In this document: positions 20,530 to 29,490 of the stretch, piece after piece
Layout: the number at the start of each line of letters is the position of its first letter
How positions within the stretch are numbered: the stretch's first letter is position 1
NCBI GenBank assembly: GCA_000405605.1
Contig: ASPA01000005.1
Location: forward strand, 1 to 44,406
From: Atribacteria bacterium SCGC AAA255-G05
Lineage (GTDB): Bacteria; Atribacterota; Phoenicimicrobiia; Phoenicimicrobiales; Phoenicimicrobiaceae
DNA: 44,406 nt
Direction: 5' to 3'
Notes under the pieces: generated by a model
What the model saw: only the letters and a program-made list of their open reading frames with translations
Told to the model about the DNA's origin: nothing
The model's database searches: none
Program-made: the position numbers and the translations under genes

Positions 20530-21327
20530 TCAGACCCAGGTATCTTTAATCAGATGGTATTGTGTTTTAAATCCGAGCAGTGATAGGTAAACACCGCACC
20601 CCGGATATAATTTGTGGAGCATTTTTAAAGTGGATATCGGGTCAAATTCTGTATTCTCAGGTATTTCATAACCGACTGCTTCCGAAAGAAGATGCAGTTT
20701 TCTGCTCATCCAGGCCTCTACAATTACCGGTATTCCAGGATATTTTTCAAGAAGTCTGTCGACAATTTCATTTCTCTCTATCAAAGGCTGGGTAATAATG
20801 AAAGTGGCCCCTGCTTTTATTTTTCTTTCCATCTTTTCAAGTTCGTGTTCTTCCGGTTCATAAGGATTGAATGCGACTCCGAGTACAAAAGTATCCGGAT
20901 ACTCTCGGTTTATGTACTTTAACAGTTCAACAGAAGTGACGGACTCGACATCAGTGGCGCCTACATCGGAAGGATGAAGCTTTGGAAGACGCTCCGAACC
21001 ATCTCCTGTTATTATCAAGAGATATCTGATTCCTTTTGTCTTACATATGTTAAGAATGTTGTCTAGATCATCTTTTGTATGAAAAGTATTCAGGTGAATC
21101 ATTACCTGCTCTGGTATGACGGGAAGGTCAAGTTCCTCAATTATTTCTGTTCCCTGGAATGACAGGAGACCCATTGCATTATCGGTTATACATGCACAAT
21201 AACCGCTGTCCATAACCCTGAGATATTTATTTGAAAATCTTTCAAGATCCTTTTCAAGCTTTTCTGAATCCTGTTTGGGTGGTAAAACTTCAACGTGGTA
21301 GATCTTATTCTGGATGTGATGAATCAT
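20530..21327 (-). CDS. Divergent methylenetetrahydrofolate reductase (MTHFR)-family protein
   Basis: 265 aa. Loose but colinear MTHFR pattern: VEVLPPK, CITDNAMG, IHLNTFHT, IRYLLIITGDGS, LGVAFNPYEPE, KIKAGATFIITQP, IPVIVEAW. Shorter and more diverged than classical MetF. Confidence 0.65.
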   Translation of the reverse strand: MIHHIQNKIYHVEVLPPKQDSEKLEKDLERFSNKYLRVMDSGYCACITDNAMGLLSFQGTEIIEELDLPVIPEQVMIHLNTFHTKDDLDNILNICKTKGIRYLLIITGDGSERLPKLHPSDVGATDVESVTSVELLKYINREYPDTFVLGVAFNPYEPEEHELEKMERKIKAGATFIITQPLIERNEIVDRLLEKYPGIPVIVEAWMSRKLHLLSEAVGYEIPENTEFDPISTLKMLHKLYPGCGVYLSLLGFKTQYHLIKDTWV

Positions 21328-21504
21328 GATACTCTCCTATCTCAATTAAATTGGTTAAATTAAGCCTTTTCCCCGTAATATGCCACCGGCTTCTCTATGG
21401 TTCCATCCTGGGGATCTTCATATCTTATCTTAATTTTCCCTTCTTTGTCTTGCATCATTTGAGAAGGAAAGAAATAGATTTAAGATATTGAATATTATAA
21501 ATAT

Positions 21505-22137
21505 TTAGGCTATAAAAGATTTTGCACTATCCACAGCAGAAGCAGCATCAGGAGAATAAGCATCTGCCCCTATCTGATCAGCATAATTTTGAGTTATCGG
21601 TGCTCCCCCAATCATTATCTTTACTTTATCTCTAAGACCGGCAGCTTCCAGCGCCTTTACAACTTCTGGCATATTTACCATCGTAGTAGTTAAAAGAGCA
21701 GACATACCCACTATATCTGGTTGATCTACTTTTACAGCTTCCACAAATTTATCTACAGACACATCTGTTCCCAAATCTATAACTTCAAAACCTCCGCCCT
21801 CTAACATCATCTTTACTAAATTTTTCCCAATATCGTGCAAATCTCCCTTTACAGTGCCTATTGCTACTTTACCTATATTTTTTACTCCGGTTTCAACTAA
21901 CTTGGGTCGTAAAATATCCATTCCTGCATGCATTGCTCGAGCAGCAATTAAGACTTCCGGAACATATACCTCATTTCTTTTAAATTTTCCCCCAATAATT
22001 TCCATTCCTTTAATTAAACCATTTTCTAAGATATCCTTGGGTAATAAATTCTCTTCCAAAGCTTGTTTAACAAGTTCTGCTACTTTTTCTGCATCTCCTC
22101 TTTGTAGGGCTTCAGATACATTATTTAAATCTACCAT
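21505..22137 (-). CDS. Corrinoid (cobalamin-binding) methyl-carrier protein
   Basis: 210 aa. B12-binding_2 helical cap plus a Rossmann domain with the DxHxxG motif (GDLHDIGKN) and MSALLTTTM. GGAGG SD. Confidence 0.9.
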   Translation of the reverse strand: MVDLNNVSEALQRGDAEKVAELVKQALEENLLPKDILENGLIKGMEIIGGKFKRNEVYVPEVLIAARAMHAGMDILRPKLVETGVKNIGKVAIGTVKGDLHDIGKNLVKMMLEGGGFEVIDLGTDVSVDKFVEAVKVDQPDIVGMSALLTTTMVNMPEVVKALEAAGLRDKVKIMIGGAPITQNYADQIGADAYSPDAASAVDSAKSFIA

Positions 22138-22282
22138 GATAGAACCTCCTATATTTATTAAAATTTGATATAATTCTACAAAACAAAAAACATTAATACT
22201 ATAGATATAATTGCACTATTAGGTAAAATCTTGCTTTTCTTAATACTATATAGAATCAGACTAAACAGAAAATAATTAAAAA

Positions 22283-22323
22283 AATAAAACAATAGAAAAA
22301 ATCTATTTTTCTATTGTTTTATT
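22283..22323 (-). terminator. Long AT-rich perfect hairpin in the mttB-family/corrinoid-gene spacer
   Basis: AATAAAACAATAGAAAAA..TTTTTCTATTGTTTTATT. On the - strand it is followed by a T-rich run (TTTTTTTAATTATTTT). Confidence 0.45.
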
Positions 22324-22427
22324 TAAATTGCAATTTATACTTTTTAAGTATTAAACAAACTCTATTTCTAAAAAGTTAATGAGTAAAATATCTATGTTCC
22401 GCTGTAAAAACATTTAATTGTTTAAAT

Positions 22428-23864
22428 TTACATTAATCCTTTTATCTTTGACTTTAGTTTCTGGTAAACTTCTATAGGAATAGGTAATGGTTTATGATTA
22501 GTTAGAATTTCTTCTACTTTTTCCCGTGCTCGAGTTCTGGTATCTTTGCTTCCTAAATTTTCCCATTCAGTTCTATGTTGACGATCTGCAAGAGTGGGGA
22601 AATATAATTCTTTACGCATATTTTGTACTGTATGCATCTCGGCAAGAAAATTCCCAGCTGGACCAACTTTAGCAATTAAATCTTCTGCCAAGGTCTCTTT
22701 ATCTACTTTAATCCCTTGCACCATTCGCATAACCATCCCTAAAATATCATTATCAATTACTGCTTTTTCAAAACTGATAGTCATACAAAACTCTAAGTTA
22801 CCAGCAGCATCATGGATAAAATTCGCTCCTGACAAAGCAACAGCTAACGCGCTGATTGCCGATTCATATCCTGCTTGAGCATCAGGAATTTTGGAATCAG
22901 ACATTCCAGCAGTAGCATAATAAGGAAGTTTTACATTCTGAGCTAATTGGGCTACACCAGCATTTATAAGACCCGGCTCCGCTCCGGCTCCAAGATAAAT
23001 ACCTTTTTGCATATCCATAATAGAAGCGGTTGAAGCATATATAACCGGAGTTCCGGGGTTAACTAACTGAGCCAGGGTTACACAAGCCAAAGTCTCTGCG
23101 TTAATTAAAACTAAATCACCTGCTAAAGTAACTGGACCAGTTGCTCCGGTTAGAACTTCACTGGGGCAAGCTACCGGTAGACCTTTACGAGCAATCTCAA
23201 TTAGAAATTCAGTATAAGTATTTTCTAATTTTAAAGGACTCATGACACAAGTAATAAAAGAAATAAATGGACATTTTTTTAACTGCTCTGCACCTCCAGC
23301 AATTTCTTCTGCCATTTTAATAGTTTCCAGTAATCCTGCTTTATCATAGATACCTCCCATAATATGTTTGGAAGTATTGGAAATACCTGCGTAAAATCTA
23401 TTTACATCAACTGTTTCTTTGGGTAATTCTGTAGGATATAAAGGTAAGAGATAAAAATGAACATTATCTAAGGCATCAACTAACTTAGCAAATTGCGCAA
23501 CATCTTCTAAAGTAGAAGGTCTCTTTTTGTTAGTTTCCCAATCAAGTACGTTTAAAACAGTACCACCAGTCCCAAAATATACATTTGAACCTTCTAAAAC
23601 AAGATTATGTTTATCTTCTCTACCGTAAAGAATCACCTTGGAAGGAGCTGTGTCAATAGCATTTTCTACCATCTTATGGGGTATTTTTACTATACGCTTG
23701 TCAAAATCAACCTCTGCTCCTTTTTCTTTAAATATATCTAATGCTTCTTTACAGTTTACTTCCATCCCTACATTTTCCAAAAGTCGAAGTGATGTGTTAT
23801 GAATATCTTTGATTCCCTCTGGCGAAAGAGGTTTATATTGACCTCCCGGTAAACCACCTATCAT
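22428..23864 (-). CDS. MttB-superfamily methyltransferase, non-pyrrolysine member (substrate:corrinoid methyltransferase; substrate unknown)
   Basis: 478 uninterrupted codons with no in-frame TAG. Family pattern throughout (LSPEGIKDIHNTSLRLLENVGMEV, FGTGG, GATGPVTLAG, YYATAGMSDSK, GANFIHDAAG, GPAGNFL). GGAGG SD. Confidence 0.9.
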   Translation of the reverse strand: MIGGLPGGQYKPLSPEGIKDIHNTSLRLLENVGMEVNCKEALDIFKEKGAEVDFDKRIVKIPHKMVENAIDTAPSKVILYGREDKHNLVLEGSNVYFGTGGTVLNVLDWETNKKRPSTLEDVAQFAKLVDALDNVHFYLLPLYPTELPKETVDVNRFYAGISNTSKHIMGGIYDKAGLLETIKMAEEIAGGAEQLKKCPFISFITCVMSPLKLENTYTEFLIEIARKGLPVACPSEVLTGATGPVTLAGDLVLINAETLACVTLAQLVNPGTPVIYASTASIMDMQKGIYLGAGAEPGLINAGVAQLAQNVKLPYYATAGMSDSKIPDAQAGYESAISALAVALSGANFIHDAAGNLEFCMTISFEKAVIDNDILGMVMRMVQGIKVDKETLAEDLIAKVGPAGNFLAEMHTVQNMRKELYFPTLADRQHRTEWENLGSKDTRTRAREKVEEILTNHKPLPIPIEVYQKLKSKIKGLM

Positions 23865-23973
23865 TAACTTTACCTCCTAAAAATATCTTTTTATAAACAT
23901 ATAGTACATTATAATAACAGCTAAACTATAGTAATATATTGCTTCTATAGGTAATAAATTGCGAAAACATTTT

Positions 23974-24477
23974 TTACGGAATAAATTTGGAATATAGCTG
24001 CAATAGATATGTTTTAATTCTAAAATATTTTACATTTTTAAATTCTAAAAGCTCACCATCTTTGAATATCTTATACAAAAGAATTACTTTGTTATCGACG
24101 GTCAAATTATATTTGGCAATCACGCTGGACCTAATATAGAACTTCTCAATATCTTTATTTATATTATCTACAATGAAAAAATTATCCTGGTGTTTGAAAT
24201 TTTTATCTATCTCTGAAGGCAACCCTGCTCCTTGCCCTACAAATTTTGTACTAAGAAGGACGATATTCTCTTTGCCGGAATAAGCTCTAAAAGTCTCTGA
24301 AGTAGATGTTTTTTCCACAGAATGAGTATATTCAATAGTAAAATCAATCTTGTCTTTATAAGGAAATACTAAAATATTTTTTCTTTCGCCCTTCACCAAC
24401 AATACATCTTGAGGAGAGAAAAAGACCGCAAATAAGATAATTATAATCGCTGTAACTATATATTTCTTAATTTTCAT
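23974..24477 (-). CDS. DUF1850-domain protein (TAXI-TRAP-associated, function unknown)
   Basis: 167 aa with an N-terminal TM anchor. YTHSVEKTSTSETF...GQGAGLPSE resembles the DUF1850 core. Sits in its usual genomic context next to TAXI-TRAP genes. Confidence 0.65.
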   Translation of the reverse strand: MKIKKYIVTAIIIILFAVFFSPQDVLLVKGERKNILVFPYKDKIDFTIEYTHSVEKTSTSETFRAYSGKENIVLLSTKFVGQGAGLPSEIDKNFKHQDNFFIVDNINKDIEKFYIRSSVIAKYNLTVDNKVILLYKIFKDGELLEFKNVKYFRIKTYLLQLYSKFIP

Positions 24478-24545
24478 TTTTCTATTTTACCAATCTATTA
24501 ATCAAAAATAATTTGAGACTAATTTTCTACAAAAATCATGTTTTA

Positions 24546-25889
24546 TTATTTTAAACCTAATAATTCTCTTATGGTTAAATTCGATTTTTCAAAAGTCTTA
24601 ATATTATTCAAGATAGCTTCCTGCCTTTTTGATGAAATAATCCCATTAGTCTGCCACAAAAATTTAGTTACAATTTCTTGATAAGAAAAAGGATCAGCAG
24701 GACATCCTTTTGCTTGTGTCGGTTCAGAAATTATAAAACTCCCATCATTCAGATAAATTTTTAATAGTGCAGTATTAAAAGCCGGAAAACAATCTTCCCG
24801 TTCCTGGGAATAAACTAAATGAATTCTTTTTGCCATTTCTACTACTTTTTTATTTTTAATATTTTTCTTGCTTAATTGTTCTGCCCCCATTTTGTTATAC
24901 AAAATAATATTTGCCAGAACAAAAGGTATGCTATACTCAGCTTGAATATAATTAATGGGTTCAATATTGTTTAACGATGTAGCTTTTTTATGTGTAAAAA
25001 CTTCAATTTTTTCAATCTTTTGAGGATTAATATTATTTTTTTGTCTCAAATTAAAAAAGGCGTCGATGGGGGGATGCGACCATCTACAAGAAGTATAGCG
25101 TTTAAAATAGGTATCTAATATTTTATATTTTTCCCCCAAATCATTAAGGGAATAGCCTTTACTTTCTTCTTTATGTATCAACATACTCTCTACGCCAAGA
25201 AATCCTTTCTTGGCTAACACCGCTGCACTAATAGCTGTAGCCGCTGCCCAACCCATTGCTTCTTTTGTATTACTTCCATTTTCGATACTTTTTATTACTG
25301 GAGACAGGGGTGCATATGCTTCGGCAATTCCGAGTGCATTTAAAAAATCTTTCCCTGAAAAATTATATAATCTACTTAAGCCCGCTGCCGCCCCTATGAT
25401 AGCCCAGGTCCCTGCTCCAAAAAATCTATTCACTGTATTTTGAAAAATTAATTCACCGAAACGAATTCCAATATCATAAGCAATAATTACTGCTTCAATT
25501 AAAACAGTGGGAGAAACTTTTAAGCGCTCTCCTTCTGCTAATAAAGCAGGAAAAATTACTCCTCCGGGATGTCCGGCAGCTGACCTTACACCATCATCAA
25601 TATCCAAATCAGTTGCCATTGTTCCGTTTACGAAGGCAGCCCCGAAAGTTGAAAGAGTATTTCCATCTATCCATACAGAACTCTCAGTGCCTGGGAAGGA
25701 TTCTTTTACATAATCATAAACTATATTGCTTGAATCAGTATTGCTACCGGCAATTCCACAACCTAATATGTCTAATAAACATTTTTTAACTAACTTAATG
25801 ACTTCCGGAGGCAATAAATGATATTGAAGGTTTTCGTAATAATTAAGTAATTGTCTTTTTTTTTGGAAAGAAATATTAATTTCTTTCAT
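24546..25889 (-). CDS. MmgE/PrpD-family protein
   Basis: 447 aa. N-terminal LLDILGCGIAGS and ATDLDIDDG..AAGHPGGVIFPALLA motifs and the two-domain length are typical of the 2-methylcitrate dehydratase family. Confidence 0.85.
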   Translation of the reverse strand: MKEINISFQKKRQLLNYYENLQYHLLPPEVIKLVKKCLLDILGCGIAGSNTDSSNIVYDYVKESFPGTESSVWIDGNTLSTFGAAFVNGTMATDLDIDDGVRSAAGHPGGVIFPALLAEGERLKVSPTVLIEAVIIAYDIGIRFGELIFQNTVNRFFGAGTWAIIGAAAGLSRLYNFSGKDFLNALGIAEAYAPLSPVIKSIENGSNTKEAMGWAAATAISAAVLAKKGFLGVESMLIHKEESKGYSLNDLGEKYKILDTYFKRYTSCRWSHPPIDAFFNLRQKNNINPQKIEKIEVFTHKKATSLNNIEPINYIQAEYSIPFVLANIILYNKMGAEQLSKKNIKNKKVVEMAKRIHLVYSQEREDCFPAFNTALLKIYLNDGSFIISEPTQAKGCPADPFSYQEIVTKFLWQTNGIISSKRQEAILNNIKTFEKSNLTIRELLGLK

Positions 25890-26001
25890 ACCCCATCCTT
25901 TTTTATTTACTTTAAATTTAATCGAGTAAAAAGTAATTGATTAATTCATACTAAAAAAGAGGAGCAAATTTGCTCCTCTTTTTTAGTAATTGTAAACTAT
26001 T

Positions 26002-26961
26002 CTATTTTATTAGCCCAATTTCTTTGTAATATTTTTCAGCACCTGGGTGAAGAGGGATACTCATTCCGTTAAGGGCTGTTTCTACGGTAATATCCCTACC
26101 TCTTACATGGGCAGCTATTAAATCTTCTGTATGCTCAAATATTACTTTTGTAATATTATAAACTAAATCTTCGCTTAAATCAGTGGAACAAACTAACATC
26201 GCAGGTATTGCTACTGTCATTACATCTTCTTCAAAACCAGGATATGTTCCAGCTTTAATTAGATGATCAGCACAATAAGACATTTTTGCCTTTAAAGCAT
26301 CTAATTTTTCTCTATCTATGGCAATAATTCTAATTTGTTTTTGGCTGGATATATCTACTATTGCTGCTGTAGGTACTCCCGCCCATATTACTCCTGCACT
26401 AGTTGTATTATCCTTTAACCCTGTAGCCACTTCTGAAAAACTAAGGAAATCTTCAGTGATATCATCATAACTCATATTATAAACGCTAAGAATTTCTCGC
26501 GCCATAACTTCGGTGCCACTTCCAGGTGCACCAACCGCAACTTTTTTGCCTTTTAGATCTGAAACACTTTTTATCCCAGAGCTTTCTAATACCACTAATT
26601 GTACGGCTTCAGGATATAAGCAAGTTATTCCTGCCATATTCTTTGCCGGTTCGCCTTCAAAACTTCCAATACCTTCAAAAGCATTATAGGTAACATTTGC
26701 AGCGGTTATGGCTAATTCTGCGCTACCGCTTTTAATAAGGTTACAATTTGCTACAGTTGCGCCGGTAGCCTCTACCGTACTGCTTACACTTTTAATATTG
26801 GCATTTATAATACTGGAAATTGCTCCTCCAATAGGGTAATAGGTTCCAGCCATTCCACCGGTAGCTATTGAAAGATACTCGGTAGCAGATACAGAAACGG
26901 TTAAAAATACTACTAACAACAAACTTAATAGTAAAACACTATTTACTTTAAATCTTTTCAT
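26002..26961 (-). CDS. TAXI-family TRAP transporter solute receptor
   Basis: 319 aa with a signal peptide. IATGGMAGTYYPIGGAIS, VEATGATVANCNLI and KVAVGAPGSGTE motifs. Confidence 0.85.
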   Translation of the reverse strand: MKRFKVNSVLLLSLLLVVFLTVSVSATEYLSIATGGMAGTYYPIGGAISSIINANIKSVSSTVEATGATVANCNLIKSGSAELAITAANVTYNAFEGIGSFEGEPAKNMAGITCLYPEAVQLVVLESSGIKSVSDLKGKKVAVGAPGSGTEVMAREILSVYNMSYDDITEDFLSFSEVATGLKDNTTSAGVIWAGVPTAAIVDISSQKQIRIIAIDREKLDALKAKMSYCADHLIKAGTYPGFEEDVMTVAIPAMLVCSTDLSEDLVYNITKVIFEHTEDLIAAHVRGRDITVETALNGMSIPLHPGAEKYYKEIGLIK

Positions 26962-26995
26962 TTATTTTCCTCCTAAATATTTTTTTATGATAATA

Positions 26996-28843
26996 CTATA
27001 CTATGGCAATTTCTCTTTCTTTTCGCTGTTTTTGAGCAAAATAGATTATTGCCAAAATAACAATCCCGATTAAATCTGTAATCACGCCATAAAATATCAA
27101 GCTAACTGATGCAAATACTAACAACCCCCTTTCATACCACTTGCAGTTGGTTATAAAATAACCTCCCAAACCAACTCCAAGACATAATATACCTATTAGT
27201 GATGTAGAAATGGTCAACATTAAAGGAATAAAACTTGCTTTGTACATTAAAAGATTGAGATTATATATAAACAAAAATGGCACTAAAAATGCCGCAAAAG
27301 ATAATCTAAGCCCTTGTAATGCAGTTTCTACACTGGGACTACCAGCTACTGCTGCAGCCGCATAAGAAGTTAATGCAACCGGCGGGGTTACTTCTGCTAT
27401 TACTCCATAATAGAATATAAATAAGTGTGCTGCTATGAGAGGTACGCCTAATTTTACTAAAACTGGTGCTGCTATAGTAGCTAAAACAATATATTTGGCA
27501 GTTGTAGGAAGACCCATACCTAATATTATTGAAGTAATCATGGTTAGTAAAAGAGTAATGAAAAGATTATTTCCTGATATAGTTAAAATAATTTGAGAGA
27601 ATTTCAATCCTACACCAGTTAATGATACTATCCCGATAATTATTCCACAAACTGCACAAGCTGCTGTGATTGAAATAGAATTATATGCAGCCAATTCAAA
27701 AGTCCTGAGAATATCTTTAATGCTTAATCTTGTTTCTTTTTTAAAACTGACCATTATTATCATGGTAATAGTGGAATATAATGCTGCCTTCAGAGGGCTA
27801 AAACCCATCATTAACAAAAAGATAATTGTAAAAATAGGAATCAATAATGGTAAACTATTTTTGATAGATTCTTTAATATCAGGTAAATCTTTCCTGGGTA
27901 TTGCTTTTAAATCTAATCTTACTGCTTCGAAATGTACCATAATAAAAATCGAAATAAAGTATAGAGTAGCAGGGATAAATGATGCTTTCACAATTTGAAG
28001 ATAGGGAATACCAGTCATCTCTACCATTATAAAGGCTGCCGCACCCATTATGGGAGGCATTATTTGTCCGCCGGAAGAAGCAGCTGCTTCAACGCCTCCT
28101 GCAAAGGAAGGCTTATAACCCAATTTCTTCATCAAAGGAATTGTAAAAGAACCCGTAGTTACTACATTAGCCAAAGAACTTCCCGATATTGTTCCCATTA
28201 AGCCACTCGCAACAACCGCAGTTTTTGCCGGTCCTCCTCTTGAACCACCGGTTAAAGCATAAGCAAGGGTTATAAAACGCTTCGCGCCTCCAGTACTTTG
28301 CAAGAAAGCGCCAAAAAGTATAAAAGCAAATATATATGTAGACATAACATATAAGGGAACTCCAAAAATCCCTTCAGTTGCTAAAAATAAATGCTCTGCA
28401 ATTCTGTTTATTGAATATCCTCTATGACCGATTATTATAGGCATATAAGGACCTAAAAACCCGTATAAAATAAAGACTATTGCTACAATAACTAGTGGTG
28501 TCCCAATAGATCTTCTTGCTGCCTCTAACACTATTAACGTTGCAATAATTCCTAAAATAATATCGGTGGATGTTGAAGCGGCCGCTCTATTCGCCAAAGC
28601 TTTAAAATTAATAATAAGGTATGAGATGCAAATGATACTTAAAATTATAAATACTAAATCATAAATGGGTAATTTATTCTTATCATTTTTTGAAAATTTT
28701 GTACGGTAACATAAAAAGGCAAGAGTTAATCCAAATCCAAGAGTTAACGGTCTTTGAACTAATGATGGAAATAAGCCAAAAGCAGAAGTATAAACCTGGA
28801 ATATTGTCCAGGATATAGCTATGACTTTTACTAATAAATCCAA
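26996..28843 (-). CDS. TAXI-type TRAP transporter fused (DctQ-DctM-like) permease
   Basis: At least 615 aa, polytopic. The ORF-track start is TTG. The frame stays open and family-like up to 28924 (..QELVTEKLEDIYNFRKYNNF..) with only ATT/CTG candidate starts behind a GAAGGGAAG SD. The true start is probably upstream of 28843. Confidence 0.85.
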   Translation of the reverse strand: MDLLVKVIAISWTIFQVYTSAFGLFPSLVQRPLTLGFGLTLAFLCYRTKFSKNDKNKLPIYDLVFIILSIICISYLIINFKALANRAAASTSTDIILGIIATLIVLEAARRSIGTPLVIVAIVFILYGFLGPYMPIIIGHRGYSINRIAEHLFLATEGIFGVPLYVMSTYIFAFILFGAFLQSTGGAKRFITLAYALTGGSRGGPAKTAVVASGLMGTISGSSLANVVTTGSFTIPLMKKLGYKPSFAGGVEAAASSGGQIMPPIMGAAAFIMVEMTGIPYLQIVKASFIPATLYFISIFIMVHFEAVRLDLKAIPRKDLPDIKESIKNSLPLLIPIFTIIFLLMMGFSPLKAALYSTITMIIMVSFKKETRLSIKDILRTFELAAYNSISITAACAVCGIIIGIVSLTGVGLKFSQIILTISGNNLFITLLLTMITSIILGMGLPTTAKYIVLATIAAPVLVKLGVPLIAAHLFIFYYGVIAEVTPPVALTSYAAAAVAGSPSVETALQGLRLSFAAFLVPFLFIYNLNLLMYKASFIPLMLTISTSLIGILCLGVGLGGYFITNCKWYERGLLVFASVSLIFYGVITDLIGIVILAIIYFAQKQRKEREIAIV

Positions 28844-29490
28844 AAAATTGTTATATTTACGAAAATTATAAATATCTTCTAATTTTTCTGTGACCAGTTC
28901 TTGCTTATTATCTTTCAGCTTAATTTACTTCCCTTCTATCAATATTTTTATAAACAATTATAGAATTACTTTTTTCTGCACATATACTTATTTATTGTGT
29001 TTCTATCTTAGAGTAAACAATTTATAATGTGCTGATACAAAAATATTTTTAGAGATAATAAAAACACCAGAAAGTTCTTTTCAATAAAACTATGCTTACG
29101 TTAGTTCCTTAATGCTGTCTTACGTTATAAATAAATATATAACTATGTTTTCTAATAAGTGGAATCCATGTTTTCTTAAACCTTAGATAGAAGGCTAAAA
29201 TAGTCTATGTAAAAATTCTGCAAATACAAAATAAATTTTAAAAAATAATATTAAAAATTTATACGTGATGGATGAAAATAGCGTAATTATTACAGAAACA
29301 ATTTAATGTTTAAATTATATAAACATTGTTTACTGAGATATTGTAGTATATTGCTATATCAGGTAATTTGTTGCTTAATTAATGTCTTTATCAATTTAAT
29401 TTACTTATACTAAAAAATGGATTAGATAGTGGAGACCCTAATGATAAAAATTGAGGGGTTATTTATAATATTGGAAGCAAGCTGTTTTGC

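Noticed and set aside
21360-21458. 32-aa ORF (MMQDKEGKIKIRYEDPQDGTIEKPVAYYGEKA) between the corrinoid protein and the MTHFR-like gene, possibly a small MetV-like subunit
   Set aside because: No Shine-Dalgarno upstream, no cysteines (so not a zinc-ribbon MetV), and too short to evaluate. Worth a look only if ribosome profiling or conservation supports it.
22428-23864. Pyrrolysine (in-frame TAG) or other recoding in the MttB-family gene
   Set aside because: The frame is uninterrupted for 478 codons. No pyl genes are in the window. It is treated as a non-Pyl member.
29297-29334. Imperfect AT-rich palindrome (AATGTTTA-N7-TAAACATT with extended arms) as an AraC/PocR operator or terminator
   Set aside because: It is entirely A/T-rich in a ~650-bp AT-rich spacer where such palindromes arise by chance. 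There is no U-run and no second copy.
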